From contig CAVQBA010000004.1 of assembly GCA_963710605.1 (NCBI GenBank), positions 192,001 to 256,000 of the forward strand: a stretch of DNA of 64,000 bases, in the 5' to 3' direction. The notes beneath the pieces were generated by a model that was given only the letters and a program-made list of their open reading frames with translations, searched no databases and was not told the DNA's origin. The stretch comes from an uncultured cyanobacterium. Its GTDB lineage: Bacteria > Cyanobacteriota > Cyanobacteriia > Cyanobacteriales > Cyanobacteriaceae. This document shows, one piece after another, positions 33,846-43,698 of this stretch (position 1 is the stretch's first letter; each line of letters starts with the position of its first letter). The position numbers and the translations under genes were made by a program.

Positions 33846-34904
33846 GTGGTCAACACAATTAATCAATCAGCAGAAACCCAAGACAACACATTAACATCGT
33901 GGTTAGAACAATTAAGTCGTAAAATTATTAATGGCGATCGTATCACTAAATCAGAAGCTCTACAACTAGCAACTATCGAAGGAGAAGAAAATATCCTTTT
34001 GTTATGTGAAAATGCCGATCGTATTCGTCAAGAATGTTGTGGTAATATCGTCGATTTGTGTAGCATCGTTAATATCAAATCGGGTAACTGCTCCGAAAAT
34101 TGTAGTTTTTGTTCTCAATCTGTTCATCATCCCGGCGAAAAATCCCCTGTTTATAATCTAAAATCAAAAGAAGAAATCCTTACCCACGCTAAAGCCGCCG
34201 AAAGTGCTGGAGCAAAAAGATTTTGTTTGGTTTCCCAAGGAAGAGGAATTAAATACAATAGTCCTCAAAGTCAAGAATTTGAAGATATTTTAGATACAGT
34301 CAAAGAAATCATTGAGCAAACTAGTATAAAACCCTGTTGTGCTTTAGGAGAAGTAACCTTAGAACAAGCTCAAGCCCTAAAAGAAGCAGGTGTAACTCGT
34401 TATAATCATAATTTGGAAGCCTCTGCTAGTTTTTATGAAAAAATCGTTACCACTCATACATGGCAAGATCGAGTAGATACCGTTAAAAACCTCAAATCGG
34501 TAGGAATCGAAGCCTGTACGGGTGGCATCATGGGTATGGGTGAAACATGGTCAGATAGAATCGATTTAGCCTTTTCTTTAGCTGAATTAGAAGTAGAATC
34601 TGTACCGATCAATCTTTTAAATCCTCGTGAAGGTACTCCTTTAGGTGATCAACAAAAACTAACTCCTTTAGAAGCAGTTAAAGCGATCGCTATTTTCCGT
34701 TTTATATTACCCACCCAAATTCTTCGTTATGCAGGTGGTAGAGAAGCTGTGATGGGGCAATGGCAACGTCAAGGTTTAAAGTCGGGTATCAATGCTATGT
34801 TAATTGGTAATTATCTGACGACTTTAGGTCAATCTCCTGAAGACGATCGAGCTATGCTTGAAGAATTAGGTTTAGAAGGCGGAGAAGTCGTAGTTAAAAA
34901 CTAA
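33846..34904 (+). CDS. bioB: biotin synthase (start probably GTG 33846; ORF track starts at 33822)
   Basis: CSENCSFCSQS radical-SAM motif, YNHNLE, SVPIN, AGGRE, GNYLTT. Confidence 0.95.
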   Translation: MVNTINQSAETQDNTLTSWLEQLSRKIINGDRITKSEALQLATIEGEENILLLCENADRIRQECCGNIVDLCSIVNIKSGNCSENCSFCSQSVHHPGEKSPVYNLKSKEEILTHAKAAESAGAKRFCLVSQGRGIKYNSPQSQEFEDILDTVKEIIEQTSIKPCCALGEVTLEQAQALKEAGVTRYNHNLEASASFYEKIVTTHTWQDRVDTVKNLKSVGIEACTGGIMGMGETWSDRIDLAFSLAELEVESVPINLLNPREGTPLGDQQKLTPLEAVKAIAIFRFILPTQILRYAGGREAVMGQWQRQGLKSGINAMLIGNYLTTLGQSPEDDRAMLEELGLEGGEVVVKN

Positions 34905-34912
34905 CCTCAAAT

Positions 34913-35030
34913 AACCACCCCTAACCCCTCCTTTAAAAGGAGGGGAACTTGATAAACACATTTGTAAGTCAAATAAATAAATTTGTAATGAGTTAAAGTC
35001 TCCCCTTTCAAGGGGAGATATAGAGGGGTT
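34913..35030. repeat. two inverted GC-rich hairpin repeat copies (34913-34950 and 34996-35030) between convergent bioB and chlG
   Basis: cccctcctttaaaaggagggg and tctcccctttcaaggggaga hairpins. Confidence 0.78.
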
Positions 35031-35035
35031 GATTA

Positions 35036-36034
35036 TTAATAAACAGAATGCCCTAAAGCCAAACCCATCACCAACATACCTAAAACTAAAAATGGTTGAG
35101 CGCTAGCTTGATATTTGACATCATTTTTGAGAGGATCTCTTAAGAAGTACATATCTTGGAAAGTTATCTGCGGAATTACTAGCAACAATAAAATTGTGGC
35201 GTAAAGATTTTGATGTAAGTAAATCAAATATCCTCCCATGGCAATTTGAAAAGTATCAATCATAATTACACATATCCAAGCGGCAGTATTAACACCAAAC
35301 ATCACGGGTAGAGATTTCAAACCTAATTCTTCATCACCTTCAACACTTTTAAAGTCGTTAACCACAGCAATACCCAAACCTGCCATACTATAAATCAAAG
35401 TGAGGATTACTACAGTCCAATTTAACTCACCAAATAAAGCATGACCAGCCCACCAAGGTAAAGCAATATAACTAGAGCCTAAAGCATAATTACCTAACCA
35501 ACCATTTTTTTTCAATTTTAATGGTGGTGCAGAGTAAATATAAGCAATAAAAGAGCCACCTAAAGCCAAACAAGTTAAAACAGGAAAATCATGACCAGCC
35601 CAAACATCCAAACCATAAGAGACTGCAATACCTGCAAACAATAAAACTAAAATTTGGGTTACAACTTGTGGTACAGAAATAGCACCTGAAGGGATAGGGC
35701 GATAGGGTTCGTTAATCGCATCAATATCTCGATCGTAAAAGTCGTTAATAGTTTGAGTATAACCAGCTAATAATGGCCCTGACATCAACATACAAGTTAA
35801 AGCCATCAAAAAATCTTCAACTCGCCAAACATAGTTACCAGAAGATGCCGCACCACAGACTACACCCCAAATTAAGGGAATCCAAGTAATCGGTTTCATT
35901 AATTGCAATCTAATCTGCCAGATATTTTTTGATTGCGATGCACCCTTCATTCCCAACAGTTGTCGGGCTTTAGAGCCTTTATCTTCTCGATCGAGTTCTA
36001 CTTTACTATAATCTTTTCCTTGAGTATCAGTCAT
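35036..36034 (-). CDS. chlG: chlorophyll synthase
   Basis: ARQLLGMKGA, LMKPITW, NDFYDRDIDAINEPYRPIPSG, NDFKSVEGD. Confidence 0.97.
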   Translation of the reverse strand: MTDTQGKDYSKVELDREDKGSKARQLLGMKGASQSKNIWQIRLQLMKPITWIPLIWGVVCGAASSGNYVWRVEDFLMALTCMLMSGPLLAGYTQTINDFYDRDIDAINEPYRPIPSGAISVPQVVTQILVLLFAGIAVSYGLDVWAGHDFPVLTCLALGGSFIAYIYSAPPLKLKKNGWLGNYALGSSYIALPWWAGHALFGELNWTVVILTLIYSMAGLGIAVVNDFKSVEGDEELGLKSLPVMFGVNTAAWICVIMIDTFQIAMGGYLIYLHQNLYATILLLLVIPQITFQDMYFLRDPLKNDVKYQASAQPFLVLGMLVMGLALGHSVY

Positions 36035-36212
36035 TGATATATTTACTATGTGGTTTATTGTATTAAAAACTTATTTTAACTAAGTTTAAACTAAAGATTG
36101 TATGAGTATGAGCCAGGTTATATTAATAATCGAATAATTATTAAAATCAAATTCAGGGAATTTAAGCTGGTTTGATAAAATAGGCTAAAGTTTAGATACC
36201 TTAATAGTCTTA

Positions 36213-37061
36213 ATGTCTCAATTTCCTCACGACGAATTTGTTAAAGAATACTTACCCCAACTGTATAAAAATTATGGTGTTATCACTCCTTCGGCAGATG
36301 TAATGAGTGAAAAAAGAGAAGTTGATGTCTTATTTAGTCCTACCAAACCCGTACCTACAAGCCCAGAAACATTAGGATTACTAGGTAAACTAGCTCAAAC
36401 TACTTGCTTACTTGAAGTTTATCGTAATGCGGTTAATAGTGATCAAATCAGAGACTGTATCAGTAAGCTAATTACAGTACAACAAAATTTGATTAAATCA
36501 GCCAAAAAAGAAGGGACAAACCTATCGCAACCAGCTTTTTTATGGATTATTACTCCGACTATCTCCGATAAAATAAGAAATGAATTTGATGCTATTGCTA
36601 GAGAAAACTGGGAAAGAGGAATCTACTTTTTACCTCAAGGGCTATATACAGGAATCGTTGCAGTTCATCAGTTACCAAAAAACAGAAATACTTTGTGGCT
36701 AAGAATATTGGGTAAAGGTAAAACTCAAGTAAAAGCTATTGAGGAATTAAAGGCACTACCAGTAAATAACTCTTATCGAGAGACTATATTGGAATTAGTG
36801 TATGGATTGTTAGATAAACTAGAAACAAAACAGAGAAATAAACAAGGATTAATTAAGGAGGATGAAACATTAATCATGAGCTTAAGACAAATATACCTTG
36901 ATAAAATGGCAGAAATTGAAAAACAAGGAAAATTAGAAGGAGAAAAACAGGGAAAATTAAAAACTGTTCCTCTTTTAAGACAATTGGGTATGAGTGTGGA
37001 GGATATTGCTACCCGTCTAGAATTACCCCTAGATGATGTCATCAAAGTCTCTGATACTTAA
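36213..37061 (+). CDS. cyanobacterial Rpn-like / PD-(D/E)XK-like hypothetical protein with EG-repeat C-terminus
   Basis: PHDEFVK start, EVDVLF...LLEVYR acidic motif, TLWLRILGKG, KQGKLEGEKQGK followed by an HTH-like tail. Confidence 0.6.
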   Translation: MSQFPHDEFVKEYLPQLYKNYGVITPSADVMSEKREVDVLFSPTKPVPTSPETLGLLGKLAQTTCLLEVYRNAVNSDQIRDCISKLITVQQNLIKSAKKEGTNLSQPAFLWIITPTISDKIRNEFDAIARENWERGIYFLPQGLYTGIVAVHQLPKNRNTLWLRILGKGKTQVKAIEELKALPVNNSYRETILELVYGLLDKLETKQRNKQGLIKEDETLIMSLRQIYLDKMAEIEKQGKLEGEKQGKLKTVPLLRQLGMSVEDIATRLELPLDDVIKVSDT

Positions 37062-37293
37062 TTACAAAGATAATTAATAATTGACAATACTCATTATTAA
37101 TGCGATCGTAATCACCATTTTTGCTAACATAGTTTTGAAGAATTTTTGTTTGTGTTTGATTATTTAACTTTTGTTAATAATATTTTTCTTTAGGCAATAT
37201 ATATCGATCGCTTACTCAAAATTAAAATAAATTAGGCTAAAATTTGAGAAAATAGTTTGTAACGATATTCAAACTTGGAGGAAAGACAAATCT

Positions 37294-37497
37294 ATGGCGA
37301 TGGAGACATTAGAATTTATTATCTATCCCGATGGTAGAGTAAAAGAAAAAGTTACAGGAATCGTTGGTAAATCTTGCCAAGAAGTAACTGCGGCGATCGA
37401 AGCTCAATTAGGAAGAGTTGTCTCACAACAACATACAGGAGAGTATTTTGAGCAAAAAGTAGAAACTGAGCATCAAATTCATAATCAAACTTGGTAA
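37294..37497 (+). CDS. DUF2997 family protein
   Basis: LEFIIYPDGRVKEKVTGIVGKSC...LG...EYF. Confidence 0.85.
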   Translation: MAMETLEFIIYPDGRVKEKVTGIVGKSCQEVTAAIEAQLGRVVSQQHTGEYFEQKVETEHQIHNQTW

Positions 37498-37558
37498 ACT
37501 TTTAAATATAATTCTCTTTTTTTCTCAGATTTAATTAACTTTAGTAACACTTAATCTT

Positions 37559-37942
37559 ATGTCACATTTTAGTAGTATAAAAACACAAATTCGTAATCTA
37601 AAATCTTTAACAGCATCTTTAGACAAACTAGGTGTTGATTGGAAAAAAGGCTCATTCGCTGTCAGAGGGTATCAAGGAAACACTACTCAAGCCCAATTAG
37701 TTATTGAGCAAGACAATAACTATGATATCGGGTTTAGCTGGAATGGAACAGAATATGAGCTAGTAGCTGATATGCAATACTGGCAACAACCTTGGACTGT
37801 GGATGGGTTTTTACAACGTGTGACTCAAGGTTATGCTTTAGACACCGTTTTAAATGAATCTTTATCTCAAGGTTTTGCGGTAACCGAACAACAAAATAAC
37901 GAAGATGGTTCAATTCGTTTGGTTGTTCAACGTTGGAGTTAA
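37559..37942 (+). CDS. ycf35: Ycf35 / DUF1257 family protein
   Basis: MSHFSSIKTQI, YDIGFSWNG..YELVAD, DGSIRLVVQRW. Confidence 0.88.
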   Translation: MSHFSSIKTQIRNLKSLTASLDKLGVDWKKGSFAVRGYQGNTTQAQLVIEQDNNYDIGFSWNGTEYELVADMQYWQQPWTVDGFLQRVTQGYALDTVLNESLSQGFAVTEQQNNEDGSIRLVVQRWS

Positions 37943-38159
37943 TAACTCGATCGATTTATAGAATATCATGTTAAAACATGATTGATTAATAATCATCAAA
38001 TACAGTAATCCTTAATAATTCGCAAGTCACTGAAGTAAAAAAAATAATTCTGATTAAACTTAGTTGTTAAATCTTAATTTCCCTATTTCTAATCTAGCTA
38101 TATAATTTTGGACTACTGTATTTTATTATCAATTATTAAAATTATCAATTATTAAAATT

Positions 38160-38585
38160 ATGTTTAATCCCGAACAACAATCATCAAACGGTTTAGAGCC
38201 AGAGTTAGGTGGTATTTTCCGAGATAATCCTCAACGCAGTGGATTAGAGCCAGAGTTAGGTGGTCAAATCAGACAAAAAGGTGTTTATGTTGACGAGGTG
38301 ACTTGTATTGGTTGTAGGAATTGTGCTCATGTGGCTTCTAATACTTTTTACGTAGAAGCTAATTATGGTAGAGCGAGAGTTTTTAATCAAAATGGGGATA
38401 ATGAAGAATTAGTCCAAGAAGCGATCGATACTTGCCCTGTTAATTGTATTGATTGGTTAGATTATAGTGAATTAAAGGAAAAAGAAGCCGATCGTAAACA
38501 TCAAAAAATTCGTTCATTAGGTTATCCTCAATCTAATAAATACTCTAAAGCTCAACTAAGAAGAATGAATCGTGAAAGTGAATAA
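38160..38585 (+). CDS. bacterial-type Fe-S ferredoxin (Fed7-like)
   Basis: CIGCRNC...AIDTCPVNCI; GLEPELGG duplicated at the N-terminus; follows DUF2997-ycf35. Confidence 0.85.
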   Translation: MFNPEQQSSNGLEPELGGIFRDNPQRSGLEPELGGQIRQKGVYVDEVTCIGCRNCAHVASNTFYVEANYGRARVFNQNGDNEELVQEAIDTCPVNCIDWLDYSELKEKEADRKHQKIRSLGYPQSNKYSKAQLRRMNRESE

Positions 38586-38630
38586 TCGACAATTGACAGT
38601 TAGTATTAGCGTTTAACTTCCAATCTTCAA

Positions 38631-39503
38631 CTAATTATCTGACTGACGACGAATCTCATAAAGACAAATAGCAGTAGCAACTGAAGCATTAAGACTAGGT
38701 GTTTTTCCTTTCATCGGAATAGAAACTAAAAAGTCACAACTTTTGGTGATTGATTGACTTAATCCTTTCCCTTCTGAGCCTATCACTAAACCGATCGCTC
38801 CTGTGAGTTTTGTTTTTGAGATAGCTTCGCCATCCATCGTTGTGCCATAAATCCAAAACCCCGCTTCTTTTAGCTGTTTGATTGCTGTATTAAGATTAAC
38901 CACCCTAGCGACAGGAAAATACTCTAATGCACCCACAGCGACCTTCATTACGGTAGAATTGACGCTGACAGAACGTCTTTGGGGTATGATTAGCCCTTGC
39001 ATACCTAACGCTTCACCTGTACGGATAATCGCTCCTAAATTATGAGGATCACTTATACTATCAGCAATAATAATCACCGGGTTATCTGACTGCGATTTAG
39101 CAGAGGCAATCAATTGGTCAATTTCAACATAATTATAAGGTGCAACAATTACCGCTATTCCTTGGTGGTTAGCAAAATTAGTAATTTGATTGAGGCGTTT
39201 AACATCAACAATATCCAGTATCGCTCCGTTAGCTTTAGCTGAGTCTAATAAAGATTTGAAACGATCGTCATAAGCTATTTTACTAGTAGCATAAATTTTG
39301 TGTAGTTGTCGATCGCTCTCGAGAGTTGTTAAAACTGAATGAACACCATAAATTATATCTTCTTCTTGATTATTACTATTGTCCGCAAAGTTAGTTTCTG
39401 GTTGAGTACGAAAAGAACGATCGTTATTATTAGTTTCTGGTTTGATACGAGGAGAACGATCTCGATTATTGTTAAGTGATGGTTTACGCTTCGGTTTAGC
39501 CAT
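38631..39503 (-). CDS. rlmB: 23S rRNA (G2251-2'-O)-methyltransferase, SpoU family
   Basis: NHQGI, DPHNLGAIIRT, IGSEGKG, IPM..SLNASVA. Confidence 0.9.
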   Translation of the reverse strand: MAKPKRKPSLNNNRDRSPRIKPETNNNDRSFRTQPETNFADNSNNQEEDIIYGVHSVLTTLESDRQLHKIYATSKIAYDDRFKSLLDSAKANGAILDIVDVKRLNQITNFANHQGIAVIVAPYNYVEIDQLIASAKSQSDNPVIIIADSISDPHNLGAIIRTGEALGMQGLIIPQRRSVSVNSTVMKVAVGALEYFPVARVVNLNTAIKQLKEAGFWIYGTTMDGEAISKTKLTGAIGLVIGSEGKGLSQSITKSCDFLVSIPMKGKTPSLNASVATAICLYEIRRQSDN

Positions 39504-39594
39504 AAAGTTTAATAAATAAATAATGAGAATTTCATCATTTTGTTTTCAATTTCTTTTAAGTTACTTATTTTAAACTAAAATAGTTGAGCTTATC

Positions 39595-39636
39595 AAGAGT
39601 TAAGAGTTAACAGTTAGGAGTTAAGAGTTAAGAATT
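39595..39636. repeat. degenerate heptamer tandem repeat (AAGAGTT)x6
   Basis: Read directly. Confidence 0.8.
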
Positions 39637-39672
39637 TAAAGTCTCAATTACTAATTATTATCTTGAAATTTT

Positions 39673-40371
39673 ATGAAAAAAAACCTAATTTTATTCGCTA
39701 TTATTTTAATTCTGACAATTTCTGCGATCGTTTTACTTGATGTAAAAACACTGTGGGAAATGTCTTTAACTCAAGTAGAAAAATTAGGTTACTGGGGTTA
39801 TTTGTTATTTATTTTGATTTATAATCTGAGTACTCTACTTTTAATCCCAAGTTCAATTTTAACCATCAAGGGTGGTTGTTTTTACGGTTTATATTTAGGT
39901 AGTATTCTCGTATTTATTGCGGCGATTCTTGGGGCAATATCCGCTTTTTGGTTAGGAAGATATTATTGTCAAGACTGGGTGAATAAGCAATTTAAAAAAT
40001 ATCCTCAGTTAGAAAAAATAGATCGTGCAGTAGCCTCAGAAGGCTGGAAAATTGTTTTTTTAACTCGTCTTTGCCCCTTATTTCCTTTTAATTTACTTAA
40101 CTATTTTTTCGGCATAACTCAAATAAGCTTAAAAGACTATGTAATTGGTTCGTTAGGAATTATCCCCGGTACAGTTATGTATGTTTATATAGGCTCTTTA
40201 ATTACTGATATTAGTGATTTTAATTCAGATAATTATACGGCTAATCCTGAAATACAAACTTCAATTTGGATAATGCGTTTTTTAGGATTAATCGCAACTG
40301 TAGCAATGGTTATTTATACAACTAATATTGTCCAGAAAACTTTAAAAGAAAATGTCTTAGATCAAGACTAA
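39673..40371 (+). CDS. TVP38/TMEM64 (DedA/VTT) membrane protein
   Basis: GWKIVFLTRLCPLFPFNLLNY, IPGTVMYVYIG. Confidence 0.9.
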   Translation: MKKNLILFAIILILTISAIVLLDVKTLWEMSLTQVEKLGYWGYLLFILIYNLSTLLLIPSSILTIKGGCFYGLYLGSILVFIAAILGAISAFWLGRYYCQDWVNKQFKKYPQLEKIDRAVASEGWKIVFLTRLCPLFPFNLLNYFFGITQISLKDYVIGSLGIIPGTVMYVYIGSLITDISDFNSDNYTANPEIQTSIWIMRFLGLIATVAMVIYTTNIVQKTLKENVLDQD

Positions 40372-40422
40372 ACTACAAATTATTAACTATTAATAAAAAA
40401 TATTAACAATAAAATATTAATT

Positions 40423-41199
40423 ATGAAACATTTTCAACTCAAACCTTTTCAACGTCAATTAACTTTAGTCTTAGTAACTTTCGTTATCGTTTTGACAGCT
40501 CATACTAATCCTGCTTTAGCTCAAGAATCAACAGGTGGAGGTTTTAATCCTCAAGCATGGTTAATTGATGCCTTACAATGGATTACTGATTTAGGAGCAG
40601 TCGGTGCGATCGCTTTTATAGTTATTTATATCGTTGCCGCGGTTGCTTTTTTACCCGGTTCAATTTTAACATTAGGGGCAGGTGTAGTCTTTGGCATTGG
40701 TTTAGGTTCGATTTATGTCTTTATCGGTGCAACTATAGGAGCAACCTTAGCCTTTTTAGTCGGTAGATATATCGCTCGTGGTTGGGTAGCTAAGAAAATA
40801 GCAGGAAATCAAAAATTTAAAGCGATCGATGAAGCAGTAGGTAGAGAAGGTTTGAAAATTGTCTTATTAACTCGTTTATCTCCCATTTTCCCTTTCAATT
40901 TACTTAATTATGCTTATGGTGTGACAGGAGTTTCTCTTAAAGATTATGTACTTGGTTCAGTCGGCATGATTCCCGGTACGATTATGTATGTTTATATTGG
41001 TTCATTAGCAGGAAACCTCGCTACCCTTGGTGCAGGTACAGCAGAAGCAAATCCGATCGCTCAATGGGCAATTCGGATTATTGGTTTTATTGCTACTGTT
41101 GCCGTCACTGTTTATGTAACTAAAGTAGCGAAAAAAGCCCTTGATGATTCTGTTTTAGATTCGGATAATAATATATCGAATAATGCTCCTGCTGATTGA
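40423..41199 (+). CDS. TVP38/TMEM64 (DedA/VTT) membrane protein, tandem paralog
   Basis: LPGSILTLGAG, LLTRLSPIFPFNLLNY, IPGTIMYVYIG. Confidence 0.9.
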   Translation: MKHFQLKPFQRQLTLVLVTFVIVLTAHTNPALAQESTGGGFNPQAWLIDALQWITDLGAVGAIAFIVIYIVAAVAFLPGSILTLGAGVVFGIGLGSIYVFIGATIGATLAFLVGRYIARGWVAKKIAGNQKFKAIDEAVGREGLKIVLLTRLSPIFPFNLLNYAYGVTGVSLKDYVLGSVGMIPGTIMYVYIGSLAGNLATLGAGTAEANPIAQWAIRIIGFIATVAVTVYVTKVAKKALDDSVLDSDNNISNNAPAD

Positions 41200-41233
41200 G
41201 ATTTTGATCATAGACTCCTTACCAGAATCGATC

Positions 41234-41258
41234 GGGGTGTAAGCCTTACACCCCTACA
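41234..41258. repeat. REP-like hairpin ending in CTAC (GTAG on the minus strand); may terminate the convergent genes
   Basis: ggggtgtaag-c-cttacacccc-tac. Confidence 0.65.
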
Positions 41259-41359
41259 TTGAAAATATTTAAAAGATTTCATTTTATAATCTGGGGTGAA
41301 GATATTTCACTTAAAGATAAAATGCTTATCAACAATCAACAGATCAATTTTGCTGATAA

Positions 41360-43441
41360 TTAAATTGATAAGGCTAACTTTTCTTGTTTTAGTTTTAACA
41401 AAAAATTGGCAAACTTTTCTTGAACATATTTAACATCTTTAGCATCTTCAACCCATAACTTTCGCCCACTCTCAGATGCTATAGCCTTTGTCAAAGATTG
41501 ATACGTAATGTCATTAAAATAGATATATCCATCCATAATGGTGTAATCCATATATCTTTTATTAGTTAAGATGATTCCTTCTTTCAACTCATCCATTGTC
41601 GTACAGTCAATGAAAACGACTATTTTTTCATCAACTTCAAAAGAAGTTTTTTTAGCAACAGTATTCATCGCACTAGTTAATGTTTCTAAATCAAGATCTG
41701 CCGCAAAATAAAATTCATGTAATTTATCATCTTTGTATGATGTAGGATCGAAGTTTTTTTCAATATATTGAACGAACGGATCATTATTATTTTTTGCGGC
41801 GATATAGCTATAAATTTCTAATTTATGTAAAATATCGTTATCTCTTTTTTTATTACTGCTTGATAAAGACCCCATCAGAAAACCCGCCGCTACAGAAGCA
41901 ACTAATGAAGCTCCTCCCGTCATAACACTCAATCCACCTAAAGCGGCTATCGTACTACTAATCGCCGCCGCACCTGTTGCACTTCCTGCTACTCCCAAAG
42001 AAGAAGCCGCTAACCAAGCTAAACCAACTGCACCTGTTCCTGCAAATACACTTGTAATTCCCGCTTTAATTAAATTTATCCGATCCTCACCATCCATCTC
42101 AGATATAGCCATTAAGGATAAAACACCTGCCGCACCAACTAAAGCCGCACCACCAGTAACAACAACCAAACCTCCGAGCATACCTGCACCTCCTGCGGCA
42201 ACTGAACCTCCACCCAACCAAGCCAGAGTTGCATTAGTTGCGGCGGCACCAGTAAGTGTGCTAACAGCCGCACCTGTACCCGCTTTTACACCTAGAGCTG
42301 ATAAACCTCGAGAAACTAATGGTAGAGCTTCACTACTTAGAGCTTTACCGTTTTTAAAACTGTCTTTGGCACTTTCTTTAACTTCTTGATATCGATTGAA
42401 AATGTCTAGAACTTTTTGAGTGTCAACACCCCAATCTTCTCCTTGAAATTCTTGAACAGTTAATAAATAAGTTGCTTGAACTTCTTGAGGTAGTGTCTCA
42501 GAATTAATTATGTCTTTGGTTAAATCTTCCAAAGTCAGCTTTTGTTCTTCGCTAATTTCTTCACCGTCTCTCAGATTTTGATAAACTTCAAGTTTACGAT
42601 CGTAATTGTCAGTTTCTGATTCAATAAAATTAGAAACAAAAATATCTACAGTAGAAGCACGAGAGATGGCACTTGCTTGGCTGTAAAAAATTTTTAACTC
42701 AAGAGGTAAATCAACTTGATTAGCAATAATATCATTTAATATATCGAGTAATTCAAAACTGGTTACAGGCTGTAACGATTTAACATACCAGTATGTAGTT
42801 GAAATATTTTCTCTGTCTGTTTTTTCATATTGTGATTTCTTTAATGCTGGGAACAATCGATCTTCAATCAAGGAGATTTTATAATTATTACTTGCTATTT
42901 GATAACGCTTAATAATTTTCTCGTCTAATTTTGAGGTGGAAACGATATAATCAAGCAAAGATAAATTTTCTAAATATATCGGCTTACCAGTTTCCAAATA
43001 TTGCAAAGTTAATTGACAATTTTCACTAGTATCAGCTAACTTACAATATTCACTAGTATTACTATACATAAATTTCGATTTATTGATAGCATCATTCACT
43101 TGACGATGAAAGCTATACTTATTTTCGAGATTATTATACTCATTTTCGTAAAGACTATGTAAAATTACATTGATTCTCTGATGATTATAATCAAAAGGTA
43201 ATTCTTGATTTTCGGATATTCTGCTAGGGATATCCAATGAATAAGTGTCTCCGTTTTTCAAGATTAGATTTTGCTTTCCCCCATATTTAGCAATTTGATA
43301 AGGCAAAAATAGATGATATTTATCTATGGAGTTAGAATCAGCTTTAGCAATTGGAGGAGAAACAAAATCTTTCGTGATAAATGCCAAACCGACAATTGTT
43401 CCTACTTGAAGAAACTGCCGACGGGAAGATGATTCAACCAT
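41360..43441 (-). CDS. hypothetical protein with Tat-like signal and Gly/Ala-rich hydrophobic region
   Basis: 693-aa ORF; SRRQFL + hydrophobic stretch + AKA; GAAATNATLAWLGGG-type region. Confidence 0.8.
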   Translation of the reverse strand: MVESSSRRQFLQVGTIVGLAFITKDFVSPPIAKADSNSIDKYHLFLPYQIAKYGGKQNLILKNGDTYSLDIPSRISENQELPFDYNHQRINVILHSLYENEYNNLENKYSFHRQVNDAINKSKFMYSNTSEYCKLADTSENCQLTLQYLETGKPIYLENLSLLDYIVSTSKLDEKIIKRYQIASNNYKISLIEDRLFPALKKSQYEKTDRENISTTYWYVKSLQPVTSFELLDILNDIIANQVDLPLELKIFYSQASAISRASTVDIFVSNFIESETDNYDRKLEVYQNLRDGEEISEEQKLTLEDLTKDIINSETLPQEVQATYLLTVQEFQGEDWGVDTQKVLDIFNRYQEVKESAKDSFKNGKALSSEALPLVSRGLSALGVKAGTGAAVSTLTGAAATNATLAWLGGGSVAAGGAGMLGGLVVVTGGAALVGAAGVLSLMAISEMDGEDRINLIKAGITSVFAGTGAVGLAWLAASSLGVAGSATGAAAISSTIAALGGLSVMTGGASLVASVAAGFLMGSLSSSNKKRDNDILHKLEIYSYIAAKNNNDPFVQYIEKNFDPTSYKDDKLHEFYFAADLDLETLTSAMNTVAKKTSFEVDEKIVVFIDCTTMDELKEGIILTNKRYMDYTIMDGYIYFNDITYQSLTKAIASESGRKLWVEDAKDVKYVQEKFANFLLKLKQEKLALSI

Positions 43442-43574
43442 AGTAACTAATCTTTTTAGTTTTTCAAAAAATAATTTCTTTGAGAATAATTATAGTACGT
43501 AAGATTAATTTAATTAGTTTTATGATCACCAATTAATAACAATTCAAATTAAACTTGCTACATTTGCTTTCGGT

Positions 43575-43648
43575 AAGTTCCTTTTTCTAAGGGGAAGGGC
43601 TGTCATCTGAAATGAATTTAGATATCTTTAAGTTAGATTGATGACAAC
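43575..43648. repeat. degenerate hairpin repeat joined to the same GGGCTGTCATCTGAA element seen at 27865
   Basis: aagttcctttttctaaggggaa + gggctgtcatctgaa, 15-nt identity with 27865-27879. Confidence 0.6.
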
Positions 43649-43698
43649 AATAATTATTGAGCCAAATATAATCAAATTTGCGAGGTTTTATCCTAAAT

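Noticed and set aside
38190..38264. 24-bp direct repeat in the ferredoxin gene
   Set aside because: Encodes the duplicated GLEPELGG motif typical of this ferredoxin family; not a mobile-element scar
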